Notes: generated by a model from the letters alone, not told the origin. A stretch of DNA of 24,000 nt from Blautia caecimuris (GCF_024622975.1 NZ_JANJZT010000018.1:56610-80609), one strand, 5' to 3'; counted from the stretch's first letter, positions 16,450 to 24,000 are shown. Made by a program: numbers and translations.

Positions 16450-17631
16450 TTAAAGCACCACCTCCTTTGCAGCGGCGGCTTGCTGCTTCAGGATTTTTTC
16501 ATGCTTCTCCGTCAGCCTTGCATGGGTGATGATGTCATGGACAATCTGGGTGTGGTTCATCTTATCCAGACGGAGAGCCAGCTTTAACGTGGGGGCTACC
16601 TGATGGGAGAGCCAGTGCAGGGTGCGTTCAAAGGAATAGGGTTCCGGTTTGGTTGTCAGTTTCAGGCTTCCCTTGTGTTCCCCGATAAACCACTCCCATT
16701 CCTCACTGATACGCCAGTCAGAACGGGGCTTCGTATCGTCCCTGTCCACGAACCGGACATAGCGGTTGATGATTTGAAAGGCTGTCCGTTCTGGATTGTC
16801 ATGTTCTAACAGGTCACGGATGGCGTAAAAGGCACGCTCATTTTTCAGCCGGATTTCAAAGCGGTTCTTTACCTCTGCGTCCGCAATAGGAATATCGTGC
16901 TTTTTGTACTGCTCATAGTCTTTTTCATAAATGCAGAAGTACACCTCACTTTGGAGGGAGCCGATATACAGGGTGTTCCCCATACATTCTTTTTCCTCAC
17001 GCCGTACCAGTTCGCCGCTGCGGTAGCTTTTGAAGCTGCGGAAGACCGAGATACATTCCTCATTCCGGCACTTCTCTGTCAGATGGGGAATGTTCAGGAT
17101 TCCCGTTTTGTCATTGATGGCAAGGTCAAGCCGCTTCATCACGCCGTCCTCCATGAGAACATCCATAAAAAACTCATACCAGCTCCGTTCCTGTGCCAGC
17201 AGATAGCTTTCAAACTGGCGGCAGCCACGCCCTTTCAGTTCCAGCAGCACCCCTTTTTCCAGTTCCGGCGATACCAGAACGAAAATATCACCTAGATAGT
17301 AATGCTCTGTGTAAGAATAGAAGCCGTAGTCTTCATGGATAAAGTAAGGCAGCTTTAGCCGCAGCACGTCTTCCACGATATGCTTCACATCCGTAGTGGG
17401 AAAGCGAATCCGCACATAATCAAAGAGCATTTCAAGGGGATTGTCTGGATTGAAGCGTTCCAGAGCTTTCGTGATGGTTTCCTGTAATGCTTCGGATGGG
17501 TGAGCCTTGCCCGTTTCAATATCGCTCAGGTACGGACGGGTGATTCCGGCAGCTAACGCAAGTTTCTGTTGTGAGATACCGTAAACTTCCCGTTTTTCTT
17601 TGATGTCCAGTACCCATGTTTCTTCATTCAG
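16450..17631 (-). CDS. Rep_trans (MobT)-type relaxase / rolling-circle initiator with an N-terminal XRE HTH (Tn916 Orf20-like)
   Basis: The HTH is VYGISQQKLALAAGITRPYLSDIETGK, followed by a Rep_trans-like core (MLFDYVRIRFPT...FYSYTEHYYLG...). The start is uncertain. The only canonical in-frame start upstream of the HTH is the GTG at 17811, which has no RBS. A strong AGGAGGG (17639-17645) lies 7 nt before an in-frame CTG at 17631. Confidence 0.8.
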   Translation of the reverse strand: MNEETWVLDIKEKREVYGISQQKLALAAGITRPYLSDIETGKAHPSEALQETITKALERFNPDNPLEMLFDYVRIRFPTTDVKHIVEDVLRLKLPYFIHEDYGFYSYTEHYYLGDIFVLVSPELEKGVLLELKGRGCRQFESYLLAQERSWYEFFMDVLMEDGVMKRLDLAINDKTGILNIPHLTEKCRNEECISVFRSFKSYRSGELVRREEKECMGNTLYIGSLQSEVYFCIYEKDYEQYKKHDIPIADAEVKNRFEIRLKNERAFYAIRDLLEHDNPERTAFQIINRYVRFVDRDDTKPRSDWRISEEWEWFIGEHKGSLKLTTKPEPYSFERTLHWLSHQVAPTLKLALRLDKMNHTQIVHDIITHARLTEKHEKILKQQAAAAKEVVL

Positions 17632-17824
17632 TGAAAATCCCTCCTGTCTAAAAAAGCGTATGTCAACTTTCAGAGCCTTGTTGACACACGCCGGATATGG
17701 GAAAATCCCTTGTGTACCGTGGGATTCTGCCCTGTTGTTTGGTTGTTGCCTGTCGATTTGTACCCCTCTGTTAGATACGAGGGGTTCATGCTGGCGTGCC
17801 TTGCGGCACACCAGCCACAGCAGG
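17632..17824 (-). promoter_or_regulatory. Candidate oriT region (intergenic between coupling protein and relaxase)
   Basis: The position matches Tn916 oriT (orf20-orf21 intergenic). There are two perfect 7-bp inverted repeats: ACCCCTC-N10-GAGGGGT (17762-17785) and TGTCAAC-N12-GTTGACA (17661-17686). Confidence 0.4.
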
Positions 17825-19222
17825 TCAGTCCGTTTCTGCGGCTTTTGCTTCGCACGCCGCCTGCACTCCCTGCCTGCTGTCTATGAGCTTTTTTATTTCC
17901 TTGAGGAAATCGTGTCCTTTTGGCACAAGGGGCGTATAAAATTCCGAGATAACGCTGGTTCCCACATCCACATAGCCACGCCCTTTTATCTGCTTTAGGA
18001 AGAACTCCTTTGTGGTTTCCCCGAACATCATCCCATAGCCCATTTCCGACATCCGCCCCAGAGCTACACGGAAATTGAACTGGTCACGGATTCCATCCCC
18101 CAGATACTTTGCGTCTGGACGCTGGCAGGCGAGAATCAGGAAGAAGCCAGCCTGCCGCCCAAGCATAACGATTTGTTTTAACTTGTTGAGGACAGCGGCG
18201 TTTTCCTTTGTGCCGAGCATTTCCATAAATGCCACATATTCATCAAAGATAAGGAAATTTGCCGGAAGTCCCAAGTAAGCGTAGTTTTCTCCTGTCCGGT
18301 AATTCTCCATGAGCTTCATGTCTTCGCTGCGTTTCATCATTTCTTCATAGAAACGGTCAATACAGGCGAGCATATCTTCCTTTTTGTAGTACACATCCGG
18401 CATAACCGCCTGTAAATCCGCAAGGTCGGCGTTCTTCGGGTCTAACACGAACAGGACGGCGTTGGTGCGGAGCAGGGCTTCAATGAGGGTCAGGATGAAA
18501 TAAGTCTTTCCGCCGCCGGTTCCTCCGGCAATGAGCATATGGGGGAGCTTATCATACTCCCACCAGACATTTTCCATAAGCCGGAGCCTGCCGTCCTTTG
18601 CCTGTACGTCCTCAATAGAGATACGGTTCGCAATAGTATCATAAAGCAGGGTGTACTCCACATAGGAATCTTTTAATTCCTTATCCGTCAGCTCACAGTA
18701 CAAGCCGCTTTCCAGCTTTTTCTCCAAGTTTAAGAGCTGTTCCTGATATTTCCCCAAGGTGATTTCCACACGGATATGGAGCAAGCCCTGTTTCATCTGG
18801 TAGTAGATTTTGGGAAAGTAAGTGATGGTTTCTTTGGAACGGCTGGAAGATAAGCCCTTGAAAAAAGCGTCCTCCTTTCGCTGTTCCGATTCATACCACT
18901 TGTTTTCCAATACCATCCTTGCCAGCTTTTGACGGTGAATGAGCTGCTTTACTTCATCCCTGCGGTATCGCCAGAACAGAAGAACTGCTGCAAGACACAC
19001 CAGCCCTGCCACGCCCATACTGAATAACAGGTAAGGGATGTTTACATCCTGTGTTATCTGGGAGAGGGACACTTCCTGCCAGTTGGTTCCGGCAATCTGC
19101 CCTGTATGAAACAGCAGGACAACCAGCAGGAAGACAGGGAACAGGGCGGCAAGGGCAGTATGGAATACAAGGTCTTTATCCGTGGGACGGATACGTTTTC
19201 CACGAGGGAAAAGCTGCTTCAT
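17825..19222 (-). CDS. FtsK/SpoIIIE-family coupling ATPase (Tn916 Orf21 / TcpA-like)
   Basis: Two N-terminal TM helices; Walker A is GGTGGGKT and Walker B is LIFDEY. RBS is AAAGGAGGA. Confidence 0.9.
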   Translation of the reverse strand: MKQLFPRGKRIRPTDKDLVFHTALAALFPVFLLVVLLFHTGQIAGTNWQEVSLSQITQDVNIPYLLFSMGVAGLVCLAAVLLFWRYRRDEVKQLIHRQKLARMVLENKWYESEQRKEDAFFKGLSSSRSKETITYFPKIYYQMKQGLLHIRVEITLGKYQEQLLNLEKKLESGLYCELTDKELKDSYVEYTLLYDTIANRISIEDVQAKDGRLRLMENVWWEYDKLPHMLIAGGTGGGKTYFILTLIEALLRTNAVLFVLDPKNADLADLQAVMPDVYYKKEDMLACIDRFYEEMMKRSEDMKLMENYRTGENYAYLGLPANFLIFDEYVAFMEMLGTKENAAVLNKLKQIVMLGRQAGFFLILACQRPDAKYLGDGIRDQFNFRVALGRMSEMGYGMMFGETTKEFFLKQIKGRGYVDVGTSVISEFYTPLVPKGHDFLKEIKKLIDSRQGVQAACEAKAAETD

Positions 19223-19260
19223 GGGAACAATCCTCCTTTCGCTTTCTTCTTATATTCCTG

Positions 19261-19638
19261 TTATTTTACAGGGGGAGCGTCTTTCTTCGGCGGCTGTGGA
19301 TTCATGGCAGCTCCTTTTTTCAGGACAATATCCTCTGCCTTGATGTACCAGTCCACCTCTGCTCCCTGAAAGGTAGCCGTTGCCACGGTATCTGCCACTG
19401 GATTGATAAGTTCCACCTCTGCGTTGTAATCGAACTCCTTTAACGGCACGCTGGCAGGGATGGAAACCTGAATCATACGCCCCTGTCCTCTGGATTTTAA
19501 GTCATAGGTACGCTCCTTGATTTCTTCTGATACCGAGCCGTCTTCATTCTGGAGGTGAACCTCACGGCGGAGGGCAGAAAATTTCAATGCCCCGAATGTT
19601 GCTTCCTTGTCAATCACGATTCCGTTTGCTAATCTCAT
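19261..19638 (-). CDS. DUF961 / HelP-like helicase processivity factor (Tn916 Orf22-like)
   Basis: 125 aa. RBS is GGAGG. It is paralogous to the upstream gene in size and in the ...FGxLxF...R pattern, and sits in the Tn916 orf22 position. Confidence 0.7.
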   Translation of the reverse strand: MRLANGIVIDKEATFGALKFSALRREVHLQNEDGSVSEEIKERTYDLKSRGQGRMIQVSIPASVPLKEFDYNAEVELINPVADTVATATFQGAEVDWYIKAEDIVLKKGAAMNPQPPKKDAPPVK

Positions 19639-19659
19639 AGTCTGATGTCCTCCTTTTCC

Positions 19660-19974
19660 TTACGCTTTTACCATATCGTCAGCGTGCAAAATGTAGTTGG
19701 TAAAGCCCCTTGTGCCGATTTTATAGCCCTCTGCGGTGATACGGGGATTGACGAGCTTCACACGTTCCTCAAAGTCAAAATGTTTCTCTCCGGCTTCGGC
19801 AGGGAGGATAACCACAATATCATCCGCCCTCTGTACGTCTGAATAAAGATTGAAGCTGCGGGAGAGTACCGTCATGCGTCCATTGATTCTTCTCTGTTCT
19901 GTCTTGTCTTCTCCGGCAAACTCCAAGTTGCCGAATGTCTTTTCCATGTTGGGGATAACGAATTTTAATTCCAT
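19660..19974 (-). CDS. DUF961 / HelP-like helicase processivity factor (Tn916 Orf23-like)
   Basis: ATG at 19974 (MELKFVIPNMEKTFGNLEFAGEDK...); the track's 36-codon N-terminal extension has no RBS. This is the first backbone gene at the distal end. Confidence 0.7.
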   Translation of the reverse strand: MELKFVIPNMEKTFGNLEFAGEDKTEQRRINGRMTVLSRSFNLYSDVQRADDIVVILPAEAGEKHFDFEERVKLVNPRITAEGYKIGTRGFTNYILHADDMVKA

Positions 19975-20102
19975 ATAGATGTACCTGTCCTTTCTGAATG
20001 TTGTGTTTGATGGTTGTTTTGGGATTCTGGTTTGGAAGCGGAGGGGAACGCTCCGGCAGTGGTGATTTCTTCGTGGTATCACATCCTTTCTGGTTTTGGG
20101 GT

Positions 20103-20134
20103 AAAAAAATAGACGCTCAGTTTTGAACGTCTAT
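20103..20134 (-). terminator. Rho-independent terminator, copy A of a duplicated hairpin
   Basis: On the minus strand ATAGACGTTCAAAACTGAGCGTCTAT is followed by TTTTTT. It is nearly identical to 21176-21205. Confidence 0.7.
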
Positions 20135-20142
20135 CAAAAAGG

Positions 20143-21024
20143 TTATAAAATAGTTGCTTCGTCAATATTCTTTAAAATTTCTTCTTGCAATAAAGATAAT
20201 ATTTCAAAAATTCTGACATATAGAGATTGATAATCTTTTGTTTCAATTTCATGATTTAATATGTCGCAGATATTTGCAAGGTGTTCATACTCAAAATTAA
20301 TAACTTCTAAACCAATTTCTTGTTCAGGTGATAAGCCGAAACTATCTTTAGAATTTCCATATTCATTTATTTCACACCATATATCAAAAATATCTTTCTC
20401 AGACGAATAAGACATATCGCTTGTAAAGGAACTGCTATAAGGTGGGTCACCCATGAAAAAAACAATATGTGCAATTTGACCGTACCAGATTATCTGGCGA
20501 TGTGTTAATAAAACTGTTTTTATTTCTTCAAATAAAGATTTTTTAGTAGTAATAGCATAGTCAATACAGTTGTTGATTTTATACATTGGAAAGCTTTCAA
20601 TCATGGAAGAATATTGCTTGCAAAAAATATCAATTATGGCGGAAATATCACTATTTATCTGATTTTCATAATTATTTATGGTATCTTCTAGTAGTTTTAA
20701 AATATTTCGAGTTCTTTCGTAAAAGTAAATTCTATTATTAGCTTGTAAATATTTTAAAAGTTCTGTAGTTTCTGATTCACAGCTTTTTTCTCCGGTAAAG
20801 GAAACAAGAGTATTCTCATTTTTACTCAGTTCAGATACTTTGTTTTGAAGATTTTCTATTGCTATGGAGCAAGGTATCCAATATTCATCCCGTGCTCTTA
20901 TTTGAGCATTTACTTTTGCTTCGTTTTTTTTGCTGGATACAGTGACATAGTAAGTTATATAGGCACCCAAGATTGTAGAAAGCATGGGCAAAATTTTGTC
21001 AATAAGTGCATAAAGATTTTCCAT
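20143..21024 (-). CDS. Hypothetical 293-aa protein with one N-terminal TM helix; no recognisable domain
   Basis: AAGGAG lies 8 nt before the ATG at 21024. The TM helix is LPMLSTILGAYITYYVTV and the rest is predicted helical. The gene is strongly AT-rich (12 G+C in 20161-20220). Confidence 0.7.
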   Translation of the reverse strand: MENLYALIDKILPMLSTILGAYITYYVTVSSKKNEAKVNAQIRARDEYWIPCSIAIENLQNKVSELSKNENTLVSFTGEKSCESETTELLKYLQANNRIYFYERTRNILKLLEDTINNYENQINSDISAIIDIFCKQYSSMIESFPMYKINNCIDYAITTKKSLFEEIKTVLLTHRQIIWYGQIAHIVFFMGDPPYSSSFTSDMSYSSEKDIFDIWCEINEYGNSKDSFGLSPEQEIGLEVINFEYEHLANICDILNHEIETKDYQSLYVRIFEILSLLQEEILKNIDEATIL

Positions 21025-21175
21025 TAGTTTTTCTCCTTTGCATAATAGACTGTAAGATATAGTATAGGATATAACTATTATAAAATAAAGAAGAATTTGC
21101 CTAATAAATACAATCTTTGAAAGATATACAGAGTTAAGGTTTATATCAATGTTAATCGGTCTTTTAATACTCGAG

Positions 21176-21205
21176 AAAAATAGACGCTCATTTCTGAACG
21201 TCTAT
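21176..21205 (-). terminator. Rho-independent terminator, copy B of the duplicated hairpin
   Basis: On the minus strand ATAGACGTTCAGAAATGAGCGTCTAT is followed by TTTTTC. The stem is identical to copy A and the two differences lie in the loop. Confidence 0.7.
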
Positions 21206-21260
21206 AAAGGAAAGATATTGAGGTTTGCTGGTCTATCTTATAAAATCTGAATGTACTTCG

Positions 21261-21283
21261 ATTGCATTTTTATTGCATTTTTT
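21261..21283. repeat. ICE junction repeat, distal (attR/attL core candidate)
   Basis: ATTGCATTTTTATTGCATTTTTT matches 2012-2034 at 22 of 23 positions. A third TTGCAT lies at 21290-21295. Confidence 0.6.
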
Positions 21284-21394
21284 ATTTTTTTGCATATAGA
21301 TTTTAGTGGTTGATAGTTCCTGAAAATGCCTTAAAATCAATGATTTTCACTTATATGGCATACTGTCTATCTGGAGTTCGAGTAACGGATAAAA

Positions 21395-21437
21395 TCCCGG
21401 AAATGCTGATAAAATGGGCATTTCCGGGAGTGTTTTA
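21395..21437. terminator. Bidirectional terminator hairpin
   Basis: A perfect 12-bp stem pairs TCCCGGAAATGC with GCATTTCCGGGA. GTGTTTTA follows on the + strand and ATTTTAT follows on the - strand. Confidence 0.55.
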
Positions 21438-21489
21438 TGCCGTTTGGCTCTAAAATGGCTCTAATTATTTGAGGAATACTGGATTTTGG

Positions 21490-21515
21490 GCGGGTATCAT
21501 GATACCTGCTTTTTT
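21490..21515 (+). terminator. Plus-strand hairpin with T6 tract overlapping the stop of the 155-aa gene
   Basis: GCGGGTATC pairs with GATACCTGC (one G:U on the + strand) and TTTTTT follows. The apical loop is very small. Confidence 0.4.
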
Positions 21516-21981
21516 AATACAGAGGAATTTCGCCCTCATAGTTGTCGGCTCTTTCCAACAGGGGACCGGTTGCACCCATTGTAAAAGCTATATCACTGCT
21601 TCGGATAGACAATAGTTCCATTCCAATCTTCAGATTAAGAAAATCTAATATCTGCTGATTAAGCTGAATTACACCATTCTCTGAAATATTTACCCAACAG
21701 TATGACCGCCCTTTGTATTTGACAAATTCGCCCTCTGCGGTCTGATAATTCAGTAAAGCCGGATTATCAGTAAGAATGTGTCCTAACTTTGATGGTTCTA
21801 ACAATCCTTTTCTTGTCACACAAAAGCCGCCAGTGACCTTGCTTCCAGTAAAAAGATAGACTTTTCTCTCTGCTGTGGCGTTGTACTCTGTAAGAGCCTG
21901 TGTTGGGAGATGGATTGTCAAGTCATCTCGTATCAGCGATTTTCCGAAAATAAATTTACCGCCTTTATTCATCTGTGGCAT
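21514..21981 (-). CDS. Hypothetical 155-aa protein
   Basis: AAGGAG lies upstream of the ATG at 21981. I cannot assign a family. Two halves look weakly like swapped-hairpin (AbrB-like) barrels, e.g. ISENGVIQLNQQILDFLNLKIGMELLSIRSSD. Confidence 0.6.
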   Translation of the reverse strand: MPQMNKGGKFIFGKSLIRDDLTIHLPTQALTEYNATAERKVYLFTGSKVTGGFCVTRKGLLEPSKLGHILTDNPALLNYQTAEGEFVKYKGRSYCWVNISENGVIQLNQQILDFLNLKIGMELLSIRSSDIAFTMGATGPLLERADNYEGEIPLY

Positions 21982-22135
21982 ATATCATCAACTCCTTTTC
22001 TTAAAAGTGGAAGTCCACTATACCACAAGAAAATTCAAATGTCACTAAGGCTCTCTAAAGTGTGGCAAGTTATTTTTCGGCATAGCGAGAATGATTAGTT
22101 GTCGGGATATATTTTTTAGAGAGAGCCTGTTGCCT

Positions 22136-23014
22136 CTAATTGTTTTCGGAAGCGTTATTCTCCGAGTAGTAATGGAACGCTTTTACGATATAATCAGAAG
22201 CCCCCTCTTTATATTTGTTATCAGTCATGTTTTTGATATAATTGCTTGAATATGTGTCGATAAGAACATTGATATAGGGCTTATCGAGGGATACGCTGGT
22301 GCTATTTTCCTGTATAAGCCGCAATAGTTCGTGTACAATGGATTGTATTTTAGGGGAGGAAACATCTTCTGACAAATTAGTGGTTAGTCTGCCATACAGA
22401 ATATCAGATTGTTTTCCAATTTCTTTCACTTCTTCCGTTAGTTGTGTTTCCATGAGTTCAGAGAAATGCTCTAAATTATGTTTCATGGCTTCGGTGTATT
22501 TTTCAATACTGCCGAATTGGTGAATGGCAAGTTTAGCTACCTCTGCTTCATCATCTTTAATTTTTTGAATAAACATATCAAAATTTTCAATACTTCCCCA
22601 GTGCTTGATAACATCATCAGTGCTGTTATTTTTAAAATCCTCTAATGCGGTAATGTAATCAGACAGGTCAAATTCTTTAAAACTCATACATTGCTCTCCT
22701 TTCTCTAAGCGGCTAAGAAGCTGTATAAGTTTGTCTGTCCGATTGCGCTTCAGCAAAAGCAATTCTTTTTGTCTTTTGAAAGCATTGATCTTGTCAAAGT
22801 CGGGTTTTTGCAGAATTTCTTTAATCTCTTTCAGCTTAAATCCCAATTCCTTAAAAAACAGGATTTGTTGTAGCTTTTGCAAGGCTTCATCATCATATAG
22901 GCGATAGCCGGATTCGGTCAATTCGCTTGGCTTTAACAATCCAATCTCGTCATAGTATTGTAGTGTTCGTGTGCTTATGCCTGTTAATTCTGCAACTTGG
23001 CTTATGGTTCGCAT
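22136..23014 (-). CDS. MerR-family transcriptional regulator with a long C-terminal effector domain (TipAS-like?)
   Basis: ATG at 23014 follows TAAGGAGCTG. The MerR HTH is MRTISQVAELTGISTRTLQYYDEIGLLKPSE...GYRLYDDEAL, followed by a coiled coil and a ~170-aa helical domain. The track start at 23047 is a TTG. Confidence 0.9.
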   Translation of the reverse strand: MRTISQVAELTGISTRTLQYYDEIGLLKPSELTESGYRLYDDEALQKLQQILFFKELGFKLKEIKEILQKPDFDKINAFKRQKELLLLKRNRTDKLIQLLSRLEKGEQCMSFKEFDLSDYITALEDFKNNSTDDVIKHWGSIENFDMFIQKIKDDEAEVAKLAIHQFGSIEKYTEAMKHNLEHFSELMETQLTEEVKEIGKQSDILYGRLTTNLSEDVSSPKIQSIVHELLRLIQENSTSVSLDKPYINVLIDTYSSNYIKNMTDNKYKEGASDYIVKAFHYYSENNASENN

Positions 23015-23142
23015 TCTTATCAGCTCCTTAAATTTGTGAAGAAGCAAGACAGAGATTGCCGGCTTATATCTATTCTGCTCCTATGAGAAAAGAATACAGT
23101 ATCACGTTACGTGGAAGTCAATACTTTTTGCTCAAAAATTTT

Positions 23143-23691
23143 TCATTCATTTTCGGGATAAATTTTTACAGATATACCCCTAACACCCTTTTTGACAATC
23201 TTACTGTCATCAAGAATACTCTGCTTAACAGCGTCTAAATCCTTTGAGAGTGCTTCAATCGCCCGTTGGTGTTCTTCTTCTGACGAGAAGCGTTCCGTAT
23301 CATTCAAAAGGTTCTCCTGCAATTCCCTTGCTTTCATGTATACGCCCAACTTATGATTGAGCAGGGAGTTCTGAAAGGATATTTTGATTGTAGCGGGATT
23401 GAAGCTTCCGTCCTCATATCTCTCTGCTTCAAAGTTCATATCTAATTGTTCGTCCATTTTCAAAATCAAAGACAATACATCTGACACCGTTTCTATATCA
23501 AAATCCATGAAAACATTGATACTGATACCCAAAGCATTTGCAATTTTCATCAGTTGGTCGGGCTTTGGATTGCGAATGCCATACTCATATTTTTTTATTG
23601 TGGCGGAATTGATGCCGGAAAGCTGACCGAGCGTTTCCTGTGATATGCCGCGCAAATTCCGAAAGTGTTTAATCTTTTCCCCGGTAGTCAT
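23143..23691 (-). CDS. XRE-family repressor (HTH plus C-terminal domain)
   Basis: GGAGG lies 7 nt before the ATG. The HTH is IKHFRNLRGISQETLGQLSGINSATIKKYEYGIRNPKPDQLMKIANALGISINVF. The gene is divergent from an excisionase-like gene. Confidence 0.9.
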   Translation of the reverse strand: MTTGEKIKHFRNLRGISQETLGQLSGINSATIKKYEYGIRNPKPDQLMKIANALGISINVFMDFDIETVSDVLSLILKMDEQLDMNFEAERYEDGSFNPATIKISFQNSLLNHKLGVYMKARELQENLLNDTERFSSEEEHQRAIEALSKDLDAVKQSILDDSKIVKKGVRGISVKIYPENE

Positions 23692-23751
23692 GCCAATACC
23701 TCCATTTTTTGTGATTTTCGTTAGTGCTTAGTTCAATTCTATCACATTAGG

Positions 23752-23841
23752 ACACATTTGTGTATAAAAAATTAAAATAAATACTTGACGTTCACAAAAG
23801 TGTACCGTATAATAGAAACACAAAGGTCACATATGTGTACC
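23752..23841. promoter_or_regulatory. Three-operator divergent control region
   Basis: Three copies of CACA-N3-TGTGTA: ACACATTTGTGTAT (23752-23765), TCACAAAAGTGTAC (23792-23805, inside the promoter spacer) and TCACATATGTGTAC (23828-23841, core palindrome CACATATGTG). Confidence 0.6.
23785..23813 (+). promoter_or_regulatory. Near-consensus sigma-70 promoter driving the rightward HTH gene
   Basis: TTGACG (23785-23790), a 17-nt spacer, then TATAAT (23808-23813). Confidence 0.7.
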
Positions 23842-23870
23842 TAAAATAAAAAAAGAAAGGACAGGACTAT

Positions 23871-24000
23871 ATGGAGAATGGAAAGAAAATGTATGTAACG
23901 GCAGAGGAAGCGGCTGAAATGCTTGGCGTATCAACGGGTTATGCCTACAAGATTATCCGGGGGCTGAATGAGGAACTGAAAGCAAAGGGCTATCGGACAA
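23871..24000 (+). CDS. Excisionase-family (HTH_17-like) DNA-binding protein, 5' part; continues beyond window end
   Basis: MENGKKMYVTAEEAAEMLGVSTGYAYKIIRGLNEELKAKGYRT... is open to the window edge. An alternative start is the ATG at 23889. Confidence 0.65.
   Translation, partial: MENGKKMYVTAEEAAEMLGVSTGYAYKIIRGLNEELKAKGYRT

Noticed and set aside
17632-17811. 60-codon N-terminal extension of the relaxase from the GTG at 17811
   Set aside because: It has no RBS, its composition is implausible, and it would cover the expected oriT intergenic region. I keep it as an alternative only because no canonical start lies closer to the HTH.
21371-21390. tRNA-like GTTCGAG T-loop motif
   Set aside because: The flanking bases cannot form a T-stem, and no acceptor, D or anticodon arms can be drawn. 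It is not a tRNA or a tRNA fragment that I can support.

Overview
The window looks like a mid-GC Firmicutes (Clostridia or Lachnospiraceae-like) chromosome, and most of it is one mobile element. All family calls rest on motifs and synteny I recognise by eye; no database search was possible.

Layout, left to right:
- 1-330 (-): 5' part of an IS630-family transposase that runs off the window.
- 661-1953 (+): a guaA-like GMP synthase with a degenerate glutamine-amidotransferase half, followed by its terminator (1961-2008).
- 2012-21283: a complete Tn916-family integrative conjugative element (ICE) of about 19.3 kb, inverted relative to the + strand and bounded by a 23-bp imperfect direct repeat. 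Read on the minus strand, the gene order matches Tn916: two DUF961/HelP-like genes (orf23/22), FtsK-like coupling ATPase (orf21), candidate oriT, Rep_trans/MobT relaxase with an N-terminal HTH (orf20), a small membrane protein (orf19 position), two ardA genes (orf18), TcpE-like (orf17), VirB4 (orf16), TcpH/VirB6-like (orf15), a lysozyme plus NlpC/P60 hydrolase (orf14), TcpC-like (orf13), a cargo slot, an XRE regulator on the opposite strand (orf9), a leader region, a sigma-like factor (orf7), an HTH protein (orf8), an ORF-free structured block, a small xis-like protein, and a tyrosine integrase.
- 21284-24000: a MerR regulator, a 155-aa unknown protein, and an XRE repressor divergent from an excisionase-like HTH gene across a three-operator switch. 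This looks like a second mobile element or immunity module.

Three AT-rich, self-promoted insertions interrupt the ICE backbone:
- A TetR regulator plus a compact Cys-Ntn amidase, sitting where Tn916 carries tet(M).
- A SieB-like two-TM protein between the orf19-position gene and ardA.
- An orphan 293-aa membrane-anchored protein, bracketed by a duplicated terminator hairpin at the distal ICE end.

These cargo modules, the leader and terminator region upstream of the sigma factor, and the ORF-free block next to xis are the places most worth follow-up.
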